Positions 51,545-63,600 of a DNA stretch of 64,000 nucleotides are shown one piece after another. The notes under the pieces were generated by a model, which saw only the letters and a list, made by a program, of their open reading frames with translations, made no database searches and was not told where the DNA came from. The DNA is taken from positions 33,296,001 to 33,360,000 of the forward strand of contig NC_087447.1 of the NCBI RefSeq assembly GCF_036321535.1, written 5' to 3'. Position 1 is the first letter of the stretch, and the number at the start of each line of letters is the position of its first letter. This stretch comes from Camelus dromedarius. Taxonomy: Eukaryota. Made by a program: the position numbers and the translations under genes.

Positions 51545-51645
51545 AAAGATTCTGCTCTGACTCTGGGAAGGGTCCCGGGAAACTGCATCTTCACAAAACT
51601 CCCCAGGAGATTCTGCTGCTCAGCAATGCACTGGAAGCCCCTGGG
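51545..51645 (-). mobile_element. 3' part of the MER5-like element split by the L1 (other part about 47890-47936)
   Basis: agattctgctctgactctgggaagggtcccgggaaactgcatcttcacaaaactccccaggagattctgctgc resembles MER5A/B. Confidence 0.65.
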
Positions 51646-53453
51646 TAAATCAACAGGTATATATGGGCTGACCTAGATGTTGATCCCAGCTACAAGCCTT
51701 CTGGAATTTATACCTTCATCTTTAACAATAAGGAATATAAAATTTACTGTATAGAGCATTGTGACCGTGAGGTAAGATGATACGTGTAAAAGCGCCCAAC
51801 ATCTAATGTCGGGGGAGCCAGGAAGTGCTCATCCCCTCCTTTCTTGGCAGTCCCAGCATCTGCTGAGTTCCTGAGACACCTCCTATTCTTCCTTTGCTGG
51901 GTGCCGTTTGGGGGAGAAAAAACCCAAATGATAAAAATTGGTCACAAAAGCCACCTCCAGAGTTGGGTCCCCACGTATGGTCAACTAGAGGCAACAAGCC
52001 TCAGCCTGGTGGTACACACCCCCACAAGACGACAAAGAGGCTGAGAATCAGCGCCCAAGGTCAGTCCAGTAGCCTCGCAAGTGACCTCATTCACCAAGCA
52101 TAAAATTGACGAGGAATGTGGCCATATGCACTCTAAGGCCAGAAAAGGGATTCAGGAATTGAAAGAAGATTTTCTAACAAAGGGGCACACAAGGGTTCCC
52201 AAACTCTGCCATCAGATAATGAAAAATTCCAATACACATCATTAATGAGTTTGACCCTGTTTTCTATTATTTCCAACTTTAAGTCGCGTGGTTTAAACAG
52301 ATATTATTTCAATAAGAAGATTACTGCATTCCTTTGGAAAATATGATAAAATATGCTTTTCACATAGAAGGCAATGCCAGCAGGCCCAGTCATATTATTT
52401 TTGAAATATATATGTATATGTATATACATGTGTGTGCATACACACTCATACATCGCCCAGTCAGGAAGAGCTGACACACAGTTTCTTATAGTTTCAGTAG
52501 CCCAGGTTTCCTTTTGTGGTAACACGGTTTGTTTTGCCTTTTCTAAAAGAAAGCCATGGATTTATGATATTCGGCCCCATACTAAATGAGCTGAAGGGAG
52601 ATTTATAAAGCAAATAAACAGAAAGATTTACAGTTCCTTCCTCAGAGCAGCTAAAAATTATGGAAAAACTCATTGACCTTTCAAGAGAAGAACTTGGTTC
52701 ATTTGACTGGAAACTAAGTGCACCTAAGAGGCTTCCAATTAATCCGTTAATTTAAAATCCTTTGTCTTTCTCCAGTAACTGTGCTGGGGGGCCCGCTGAA
52801 CCCCATTCATCCCTTTTGAAGTGTAACCACCTGTGGCCATTATAAACAGCATGTCCTATCGCACTAAGCACTAAGCATCAATAACGCTGGTAATAATTAG
52901 AAAATAAGGGAACTGGCAGGGTTAGAAAGAGATGGGAAATAGAGCAGACAGCTGAGTGGGAGCAGCTGATTATGCTGGGTAACCGAGGCAGAAGGGAAGG
53001 AAGCCCAGGTGGAGACTTCTGGGTCTTGGGGGCGGAGGGAGGGGATGAGTGGGAAGATGAAGGTCTAAGACTGGTATCAATCTAGGTTCTTCTGTGAAGA
53101 TCTCCACAGGGCAAGGGCTGGGAAAGGATCTAGGAAACATGCCTGACTCTAGGAGGGCGGTCCGTAGCTGTTAAATAAGAATCGCCCAAACCATTTCCTA
53201 AGGCATCCAAATTATGCTCCCTGGACCCAGGACAAGGAGAGAAAGTAAAAACACACAAAACACCTCCTTCCGCTTCTCTGATATCTGCTCACCTGCTCTT
53301 TTTGTTTTCTTCTGGGGGTTTTGTGTTTTTCTTTTCTTTCACGCAGACAAATCTGAGATTAGGGTTGCAGGCATACCCAAGGTTACACTGTAACAAGTGG
53401 TAAGCCATTTATTCTCTCCGAGTAGTGGTTTTATGGAAATAAAAGTAGGACAT

Positions 53454-53940
53454 ATACTACTCAGCCATAACATAGAATAAAATAGTGCCATTTGCAGCAA
53501 CATGGATGATTGCAGCAACTAGAGATTGTCATACTAAGTGAAGTAAGTCAGACAGAGAAAGACAAATACCATATAATATCATTTATATGTGGAATCTGGG
53601 GGAAAAAAAAAAGGGACACAAATAAACTTAATTACAAAACAGAAACAGACTCACAGACAGAAAACCAACACGGTTACCGTGGGAGGGGAGAAAAGGAGTA
53701 GGGAGGGATAAACTGGGAGTTCGGGATTTGCAGATACTAACTACTGTGTATAAAATAGATAAACAACAAGGTCCTACTGTTTAGCACAGGGAACCATATT
53801 CAATATCTTGTAGTAACCTATAATGAAAAAGAATGTGAAAAGGACTATACATGTGTATGTATAACCAAATCACTGTGCTACACAGCAGAAATTAACACAG
53901 CATTGTAAATTGACTATGCTTCAATAAAGAAAAATAAAGG
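53454..53940 (+). mobile_element. L1 3' end inserted in a MIR
   Basis: atactactcagccataa...gccatttgcagcaacatggat...agcacagggaaccatattcaatatcttgtag...cttcaataaa. MIR core resumes at about 53945. Confidence 0.9.
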
Positions 53941-54583
53941 AAAAGCAGTACTTAGCTTGTAGAGTTGTGAGAACTAAATGAAATAATGCACAGAAGACAC
54001 CTAGCACACTGTCACTGAACAGATGCTGAGGACAGGGTAATTGGCGGCAGGGGCGCAGCAGCCTCACTTGTTTACCATGGGGCTGAATCAGATCTTATAG
54101 TGCAGTTTCCTATAGGAACAGCTGGATTAGGTACAAAAAGACACGGGTTTAATTAGAATACCTGAGCCTCAACTCCCTCTCGCAGAGCTAAGAACCAGGA
54201 CCGCAGACACTATGTGGTCTAACCCCACTCCTTAATTAACTGGGTCACCTCAGGCAGGCCACATGGCTTTTCCTTGCCTTAGTTCCTCCCGTGCAAAATG
54301 AGAGCATGTTTTTATTAGGGTATAATGTGGAAAAGATGAAAAAAGTCACATCAGGTATTTAATATATAATTATGTCAAATATAGTAATAAATACTAGCAG
54401 CAACAATTACAACTCATCCCTTCATTTGTACACTCAACCCTGACCACAGATCAGCTTCCACTGTCCAGGCGAGGCCTGACGTTAGGGACTCCATAGTGAT
54501 GGAAGCAGACAAAAACCCCTGACTCTCCAAGCTAACAAGAGTGCCTTGTGTAAGTGTTCACTGAATAATTTGAGTATGTCTTA

Positions 54584-54869
54584 TGTTTTTTTTTTAACAT
54601 TTTTTATTGAGTTATAGTCATTTTACAATGTTTTGTCAAATTCCAGTGTAGAGGACAATTTTTTACTTATATATGAACATATATTCATTGTCACATTTTT
54701 TTTCTCTGTGAGCTACCACAAGATCTTGTATATATTTCCCTGTGCTATACAGTATAATCTTGTTTATCTATTCTACATTTTGAAATCCCAGTCTGTCCCT
54801 TCCCACCCACCTTTGACAACCACAAGTTTGTATTCTATGTCTATGAGTCTGTTTCTGGTTTGTATTTAT

Positions 54870-54915
<46 letters not shown>

Positions 54916-54957
54916 CCACATGTGAGCAATCTCATACAGTATTTTTCTTTCTCTTTC
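54584..54957 (-). mobile_element. Young L1 3' UTR, similar subfamily to the 47937 element
   Basis: Reverse complement of ...ctggaatttgacaaaacattgtaaaatgactataactcaataaaaaatgttaaaa. Internal T36 at 54874-54909. Possible short TSD tgtctta (54577-54583 / 54958-54964). Confidence 0.93.
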
Positions 54958-55306
54958 TGTCTTAAGAGAGGAAAACACGACAACAGCCTGAAACCTGGAT
55001 TCAGATTTGTTTACCTGGGCGCCAGACCTGGCTCCAGGTCTTGGGTACACCACTCCACCTCTCTGGACCCTGGCTTCCTCATCTGTGAAACAGTCTAAGA
55101 AGGAGAATCTGTATTTTACGGAGTTTGATAGAAGATTAAGGAAATAAAGTGCAGTAGAGCACTTGATAAAACTATAATGCACTATGCAAATAGTCGTTCT
55201 TATCCTGTCTATTCCATTCATACATGTGCTTCATGGGCACATATTCAGCAACAGCAAACCCAACCTTCACCAAATGGGGGAAAATAACAGGAGGAAACAC
55301 TTTCTT

Positions 55307-55706
55307 TTTTTAACTGAAGTATAGCTGATTTACAAGGTTTTGTTAGTTTCAGGTGTACAGCAAAGTGATTCAGTTATACGTGTACATATATATTCTTTTT
55401 CCTATTCTTTTCCATTATAGGTTATTACAAGGTATTGAATATAGTTCCCTGTGCTCTGCAGTAGGTCTCTGTTGTTCATCTATTTTAGATACAGTAGTGT
55501 GCAAGGTTAACCCCAAACTCCTAATTTATCCCCCCCCTTTCCCCTTCGGTAACCATAGTTTGTTTTCTATGTCTGTGAGCCTATTTCTGGTTTGTAAGTA
55601 AGTTCATTTGTATCATAATTTTTACATTCCACAAGTAAGTGATACCATATGATATTTGTCTTCCTCTGTCTGACTTATTTCATTTAATATGAAAATCTCT
55701 AGGTCC
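55307..55706 (-). mobile_element. L1 3' end with decayed TSD
   Basis: tgaagtatagctgatttacaa...tgttagtttcaggtgtacagcaaagtgattcagttata...tattgaatatagttccctgtgct. Flanks aacaggaggaaacactttctt (55286-55306) / aacatgatgaaccattttctt (55707-55727). Confidence 0.9.
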
Positions 55707-56460
55707 AACATGATGAACCATTTTCTTAGTTATTTAGAAAAATTAGATTTGTAATGCATAGGTCGGGCAAATTATGAAAAAAAAAACAGATTTTGTAAGA
55801 GCTCCCATTAAAGAATTTTTCTTAAACTTTTACAACTTACTACAGTCATGATAGGAAATCCAGAAATCCATACTATAAATATCCAAAGGTTTCTGAGAAT
55901 TCCCAGATTTGTAAACATTACCAGAGCCTGTAATTACGTCATAAAACACATTAAGGACCATTTCCCAAAATCTGTTCCAGAGAACACGAGTTTCATGGAA
56001 TGATAAAAGGTATCCTTTGTCAAGTAAGATGGTTTCATGCACAAATAAGTTTAACAGATGCTCAGTTAAACAGTTTTCTAAGGGCTTTTTGAAACTAATG
56101 AATGCAATCTTGATCTCTGGTGTGCAACACATTCTAAACACATATTTCAACAAAGAATCATTTCCCCCCTGCCTTTAGGATAAGTGGAATAAACTTTATA
56201 AATGCTACAGTAAACACAACCTACACCACTGAGGTGATCTCTCTAGATTCTCAACAAGAGGGGTTCAATACTCAGTGACCAGTGGGAAACTACAAAGCTG
56301 GGTGGGGATGTAGCTACACAATGGTCTGCTAGTCACTCAGTGGCCAGTTAAATTCCAGTGCACTTTGACCAATTAGTAAATGTCTTGGACATTTACTGTC
56401 TATACTAAAATATATTACGAATTCTGTTCCAAAATGAAAAAAAAAAAAAAAACCTGAGCA

Positions 56461-56461
<1 letters not shown>

Positions 56462-56493
<32 letters not shown>

Positions 56494-56502
56494 TGTGTGT
56501 GT
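56462..56502. repeat. Compound (TG)n(CGTG)n(TG)n microsatellite
   Basis: tgtgtgtgtgtgtgcgtgcgtgcgtgcgtgcgtgtgtgtgt, an unbroken purine/pyrimidine alternation. Confidence 0.9.
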
Positions 56503-57526
56503 ATAGTATTCAGGTTAGGTTTTTCACTTTCAAACATAATATTTATATCTATTAACAAGCAACGTCTATTTTTGGAGCGATACCAAAAAAGCACACAGTA
56601 TGTGGTAGATTGCAATTGTGTCCTCAGGGGAGGCCCAGCTCTTACCATTGGTTTACAGAAGGAAGGTAATGCACTTAGATAACCATAAAAACACTCATAT
56701 GAAGCCCCAGATTTTGATCACCTGCGGGAACAGCACTAGTGAATCCATAGTGAACAGTCATTCACTACAAATGAGTTGCAATTCATCAAAATGGATTTGG
56801 AAAGATAAAACCAATTTTTCGAAGTATATTGAGATACCAGGACTGTAGAAAGTACGAAAACCATTCACCTTTTTTAAACATAAGCATTTCAAACTTCACA
56901 TTAAACAGATTCCCCTGGAGTGCCTACACCCCAGCCCAGTATGAAGTTTTGAAGCCTTGACTTGAGAGCTATCGCCCAGTCTCCTATGTATTTGCAGAAG
57001 AGTAAGTAGCCCAGGGAGGGGTTGCTAACTAAAGACACCCGAGGCTCCTGAGAATTGCTATTTATCACAGCTTGTCTGAAGCTGAGGAAGGATGCTCTGT
57101 TTCCCCTGCCCACCGCAAAACGCTGTGCTGATGTGTCAGAAAGATAAATGTTACTTCTGTGTAAGAAATTTGGCGCAGTCTAGAACTGAATAAAATGGAC
57201 AGCTAGTCAGACACATCCCGGCAAATAAAAAAATTATAAAGGAATCAGCTGGAGCTATTTTCTCTGGATCACTCCATCAGGTTAGGCATTCCTTTTTGTG
57301 TCAGGAGGCTCCGAGATTAAATCCTGGCTCTGTCACTGACTACCTGTGTCATGTTCAGTTTATTAACTAAGTCGAGACAGCTCAGATTAAGTAAGATGAC
57401 AAATATAAAGACCTGCTAGCACACTGCCTGGCACAAATGCTAGTTTTCCTTTGTTCAGAAAAACTTACCAAATAATCAGGAGTGTCCCGTTTCCTACCAC
57501 CAGTCATTCATCTATTCAATAAATAC

Positions 57527-57583
57527 AGAAACTAACACCACATTGCAAATCAACTATACTTCAATAAAAAATCAAAGTCAATA
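57527..57583 (+). mobile_element. Ultra-short L1 tail inserted in an L2 end
   Basis: agaaactaacaccacattgcaaatcaactatacttcaataaaaa, flanked by aataaatac at 57518-57526 and 57584-57592. Confidence 0.8.
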
Positions 57584-60500
57584 AATAAATACTCACCTGA
57601 GGAGCCACTCTGCTCCAGGTACTGTACCAGATGCTAGCGATACGGAAGGGAACAAAACAAGCATCAGTCCCAGCCCTTATGAACTTCCATTCTGGTGCTT
57701 ATTAAGAGGAGGCTCATTTCCATTCTTTCTTCCCAACCCAAAACAAATAAATATATTACTTTGTCAGTCACATGCAAAACCTGTTTTCACAATGCTGGAA
57801 GTATCAACAGGTATGCTGTAATCTGATACACCAAATTCCTTTAGTTTGGCTCAGAAAAGTTCCCCTGACAGTTCTGAGGAGCCAGGTGTCAACATCCAAA
57901 GGCAAAATTCAGCATTCAGCAGCAGCAGGAAAAGTGAATCAACAGCCACAAATGAACAGCAAGAAGTCCCTGAATCTCTACGGCAGCTCCATCGAAGCTG
58001 CGCGCTGGCACTGGGCTTCCCGCAAATCTTTTCAGTACTAAAAGGAGGGGAAGGCTCCTGTAAAGATGTGCAAACTGCGACTGGAACATGTGTTAAGGTC
58101 ACTTTTTCCCGCTTTCAAATTGAAAAAGAAATTAACAAGATCTCTCCATGAGATGTCAAATGCCTTGGTGGAAAGAAGCCATAAAGCACTAAAGTTTATT
58201 CATGGGGAAACACGCCTTCGTTTTTTCATCGGTCCATTCAGAAAGCATTCCCTCTATATTTGCTGTGTCCCAGCCCTCAGCTGGTCTTGGGAAACAAAGA
58301 TGAAACAGACACAGTCCTGGCCTTGGAATAGCTCTTTACCCGGAAAACATGTTAAAAAGTAATTAAGATCCTATGGGATGGGTACCCTAATAAAAGTCAG
58401 AACAATATACTATCAGAGCCCAGAGGAGGACGTCGCAAAGCTTGCCATTAGTGTTGGCTGTGGTCAAGATGAAGCAGCCAGAAAATTGATTCTAATTTCA
58501 CTTGTCATATAAGATCCAATCTACCCCACATATCCAATCAACCAATCCTGCCACCTTCGCCCTACCCTTTTTCCCGCCTCCAGGTCCACCACTGTAACTT
58601 GCCTAGATTACTGCAACAGATGGACAATCGGAGTTCCTGCTTTGCTGTTATATTCCATCCTCTACTGCAGCCAGAATGATTTTTTTCAAATACAAATCAG
58701 ATCTTACCACATCTTTTTTAAACCCTTCAGCAACTTCCCATGGCATTTAGAGCAGAATCCAAGCTTAGCAGAGCCTACAGCCCTCCTAAAGCTGCCTCCC
58801 TCTGCACTCACCACGTTTACCTCCCATCCTGGGTTCTGAACAAGGTGTGCCTTCGCTCTCTTGTAGCTCCAGGTCTTCAGAGATGTCGTTCCCAACTCTT
58901 ACATCGGCCTTCTACTCACCTTCCTTCTGGTTTCACTAACTCCATCTCATCCCATGGTCTCAGCCTGAGTGTCCTTTAGCACCCCACATTTCCCTATCAA
59001 ACATTCGTCATTGCTCAGAGTCAATCCCAACCTTTTAAAACCCCTTCTCTTACGGCATTGTTTCTGCTAATTCCAGGAATTAGCCCTCCTTACTACTCAC
59101 TGACACACATCCTGAACCATATATTCTAAGACTGAACTGTATCTGAGCATTTTTCACATTCAAACTTAACATTGATTCAAATCCTATTTTGTCCTTAGAC
59201 CTCTTTGCTCACTTCAGTTCCTACAGCAATTCTCAAAAGAGACTAATATGTAAGGACTGGCACACCAATTTACACGAGGATGAAGAAGTTCCCTGCTTAA
59301 GGTCACAAAATAATGGTAAAACCAGGATTTCTAACTCAGGTGCCCCAAATCTAAGTTGAATCCTTCTACCATAACCCTGCAATCCCTCCCTAGTTATTTT
59401 GAGGGTACAATTCTTGTTTTCCTAGGCAAGTTTCACCAAGCAGCAGAAGCCACAGCAGGCACTAGACCAGCCATGATACCAGGGGCCAATAAAAACCCAC
59501 TGGCTTGAATTCTTCTCAGTCCTGCTAGGTATCAGGCATCCTGGAGACAGCCGGGAGGCGTTTATTGTTTAAATAACCAAAAATGTTTAAATCTACTAAA
59601 TTTCCATTTCCATTTAAAGCTCTAAAACTTGGATTTGTCCCTAGAAAGTGAGCAGGGCTTTTCCCCCTCTTTTTCTCTTCCTTCTTTTTGCTACATAAAA
59701 ATGCTAAATACTGTACATAACATAACACGTGCAGAATGTCTTTCAAGAAGGTACTCCGAAGTCCTAAACTACTGTACAGTGAAACAACGGTCGTTTTAGT
59801 GGGATTTCTTAAAGTGAAAGTACATCATTGGAAAAGAATGTGAGGCCATCCTTACAGGCTTGGCATCTGGGTACCATCTGGCTCCTCTGACAGATTCATC
59901 CAAGAGCAGAGCAAGGAAGATTAACGGGGGAAATGCCAGGCACTGGAGTGCACTTCGCTCTCAGAAGGAGGTCATGGTAAAGAATCAAATGTAACACATC
60001 TGCCAGCATTCATGGAAAGACAGCAAGCAAGGCCATCCAAGCTTGTCTTGCTGATTTCAACAATGCCTTATCTCCTTGGCACCCACCATGGAAAAGCCTC
60101 AGAACCCGTGAAGACACCAACAATGCAAGCAGTGTTGCTTGCCCTGACGCTCTGCCTCCAGCATCTCCCCAGCCACAGTTGCCTCCACGTGGCCGTGAGC
60201 ACGACATTTCTAACACACCAGTCCAATGAGGTCCTCCCTCCACACCTCAGATCCTCCATGAAACTCTGTAACCTACAGCACTGGTCTGTTTCTGATCATG
60301 CATCCTTATTGACTGGGGGGCATGTACCTCCTATACGAAAATATTTATTTAATAAAATATGCACATGTACTATTGTATCAACATATCATGTGCATTCTAA
60401 AACTCACAGCCAAAAAGAAATTTAAAGGATAAGATGAAAGTCAACATAAATGAAAGTTCTAATTTCTTTTCCAGATGCCAGTGGATCCAATTTATCACCT

Positions 60501-60614
60501 GCCGTTATGCCGCGTCCTCCATGGGTGTACATTGGCCCACAGGATAAAACTCAGCAGGCTTTCAGCGCTTTTCACTGTCTGACCACCAGCCATACCTCCA
60601 TTCTCATATCACTG

Positions 60615-61056
60615 AATATGTAAGAGAGGATTTATTATTTAATGAGCCAACATCTCTAATACGTTGTTACAGACGCTTCGGAGTCCCTCAAATCTGTCAT
60701 CTACAAGCTGGACAGGCAGGAGGTATAACTCAGTCCAAGTCCAAAGGCATGTTCACCAGGAGGCTCCTATAATGAGTCCTGGAGTCTGAAGGCCCGAGAA
60801 CCAGGAGCTCCAATGTCCCAGTACAGAAAAAGATGGACGTCCTAGCTCAGGAAAGCAAGGAAGGAGTTTGTCGTTCTTTTGTTCTTTCTAGACCTTCAAC
60901 AAATTGGAGGACTCCTGCCCACATTCATAAGGCATCTACGGCATCAAATGCTAATCTCCTCCAGAAACACCCTCATAGACACACTTAGAAATGTTTTAGA
61001 AGCTATCTGATCTTCCCTTAGCCTATACACATGGACACACAAAATTAACCATCACA
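60615..61056 (-). mobile_element. MLT2-family (ERVL) LTR
   Basis: tctgtcatctacaagctgga...ctcagtccaagtccaaaggc...gtctgaaggcccgagaaccaggagctcc...caaatgctaatctcctccagaaacaccctcatagacacac...aaaattaaccatcaca. Confidence 0.88.
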
Positions 61057-61239
61057 CTTCGATCTGTATCCTGTGTGTGTAAGTGTATCTCAGGCCTAAC
61101 TAGCTGAAGGCCAAGTTCCAGTCCAAGCACTGCCGAAGACGAAAATATTTCCTGTTACTAGAATGATGAGTAATTACATAATGGATCATTATGTGATGAT
61201 CATCAGAAATCCTGTTACGGTACAGCGCTACAGTGCTTC

Positions 61240-61460
61240 AGCCTTTACAAAATACTTTCACATTCAGCACCTTGTTTAACTTTCACAAGCAACTGGTGTT
61301 ATTGAGGCCTTGTGTAAAAGTCCTACTTGGACCATGAGAAAATCAAAATGCAGAAGCACTGGATGGCTTTCCCAGGTCACCCAGTGTGTAGCAAGCAGAG
61401 CCACGGTCATGCCAGGTCTCCTTACCCTTAGTTCACATTTTTTCTCTACATCACTGCTGT
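61240..61460 (-). mobile_element. MIR SINE
   Basis: tttacaaaatactttcacattca...tgtttaactttcacaagcaact...ggcttttcccaggtcacccagtgtgtagcaagcagagcc. Confidence 0.65.
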
Positions 61461-62114
61461 GGGAGTTGTTAAGGGAAAAAAAAATGGAGGCAGGGAAAAT
61501 GCTAGAAAGCAGGGATACTGGAGGAGGGCGGACTACCAAGGCAAACTCCCAGGCACGGACGATGTGCTTAGCTCTCCTGCCCAAGGGCTCCACTTTCACA
61601 TTACTTTAATTTTTCACTTACTCTGGCTTTCTGCTTGAAACTTAACCGTTTGGGGATTTTTCTTAATTAACAAGCATCCTCTTTTAAGACTACATTTACC
61701 TCTGGGAACATTATGTGGGTCTCAATCATTTGCAAATGTGTGTTAGCTTGTTGCATGAATTGCCTTCCTCCCAGCATCAACTCAGAACTGCAGCACATGG
61801 CAAGCTGTGCATTTTGTTTGGAAGGAAGAAAAGATGGGTCACTTTGGGACATGAGGTACACTCGGGATAGAACCAACCCAGATGAGGTGATACAGTGAGG
61901 ACCACAGGGAGGTCTGGAGATGATGCCAACAAGCAACTGGAAGCCAGATAGTTAAATCCCGTCTAGTTTCTGTGAGAACAAGTTTTAATACAATCAACCA
62001 AAGCCAGAGGTCCATCTGGTGGGATTCAAGAAATAAACTAGGTAAAAGGCATAAAATTAATGGGGGAGATTTTTTTTTCATTAAGTAACTGTGAAAAAAC
62101 TGGAAAACTATTCA

Positions 62115-62445
62115 CTAAGACAGATTCTTTTTTTTCCTGGGCACACAGTTGGACAACATTTACCAGCCTCTATTACAGTTAGTTAAGGCCAGTGACTAAG
62201 TTCGAGACGAGTAGAATGTGGCCAGCCCTGGCTTATCATAACCTTCCAGTCATCACTCTCTATTCCCTTCCCCTGCCACAGATCGCACGTAGCGGAGCCA
62301 AAGAGGGAAGGAGCCTGGGTCTCTGCATCACAGCTTTGAGAAGAGCCACCTCCCAACCAAGAGCATCCATTATGGATGGAAAGGAAAGCTTCTATTGTGT
62401 TGACTCCCAGAGAATTTATTCTTTCCTATCAGCAGCTGATCAAAA
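62115..62445 (+). mobile_element. MaLR LTR (MLT1J/I-like)
   Basis: ttcctgggcacacagttggacaacatttaccagcctct...cagtgactaagttc...gaaggagcctgggtctctgcatcac...aagcttctattgtgtt. Confidence 0.75.
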
Positions 62446-62749
62446 CAATTTTTAAAAGTGATTCTCTTCTTGTCAAAATTAAGGGAGAGGGAGAGCTACC
62501 ATTTCTCTCTTGCCACGTGGAGAAGAAAGTCAACCTGGAGCCAGTAACGGTGGTGCGGCTGACATGGAATAAAGTGAGCAGGCGGCACTGAGGCAGTACA
62601 TGGATGGGGTATTCGCCAAAGTGAGCAGAAGCAGCTCCTGAAATACAGATCCTTCACTCTAAAAAGCAGCCCGTGATTGACACTAGCGAGACAGATCTGA
62701 CACAGGAAAGCAGCGTCAGATACGCAAAGGCAGGAATCAGCTAGAGCCT

Positions 62750-63600
62750 TCCGTTCATCCACCTACTCTTTACACAGACACTCTGGTGTGTCTGCCACGT
62801 ACTACGTGCACTTTTCTAGCTGCTGGAGACACAGTGAATAAACTTGCTGCCTTCGTGCAGCTTATGTTCTCAAGGGACAAGTCAGATGGTAAACCCTTCA
62901 ACAAGAAAACAAGGCAATTTTAGATAAGAAGTGCTATGAAGAAAATAATTAAATGCCATTAAAATGGTGTAGAGAGTAGCAGAGGGAAGTGGCAGAGCTG
63001 ATTTAGGGAGGGTCGTTGCGAGAGATGTCTGTAAAGGGTGACATCTGAGCTACAACCTAAATGATGACTGGCAAGGGGAATTGCAGAGATGTAGGGGGAG
63101 GGCATCCCCAGGTGAAGAAAGCACCATTGCACAGGCCTATTGGAGGAGCACAAGGAATTAAAGCGTGGTGGGGGAAGAGAACACAGGAAGGAGTGGTGCG
63201 AGACAGACACAGACAAGCAGGCAGGTTCAATACACAGGACCAAGCTTGGACATGATGCTAAGACGCATGGAAGCCACTAAACGACTTTAAACAGAAGCCT
63301 GGCAGTAACATGACTCACGTTTTTAAGAGCACACACTGATCACCATTTAGAGAATGGGTCGTAGGGGTGAGAGTGGACACCACTGCCATCACCAGCCACG
63401 AGATGAGGGAGGCTTGGACTAGAGCCGTGTAGCAAGACATGGGCGAATTTGTGGCTCATTTTAAGAGTAAAGCCAACAAGACTTCCTGATGCAGCAGACG
63501 TGTGGGATGAGGGAAGCATGCAATTGATGATGTCTTCCACATGCAGTGACCTCAGCAACAAGGTGGACGTGTCACTGAGACTGGGATTCACGTACAAGGT
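62750..63600 (-). mobile_element. L2 LINE remnant
   Basis: gctggagacacagtgaataaa...gcttatgttct...ggtgacatctgagctacaacctaaatgatg...ggaagccactaaacgactttaaacag...gtaaagccaacaagacttcctgatg. Confidence 0.8.

Noticed and set aside
57585..57600. Isolated strong minus-strand donors (also near 15380, 43325 and 58915)
   Set aside because: They lie in or beside L2 remnants and have no matching acceptor at exon distance.
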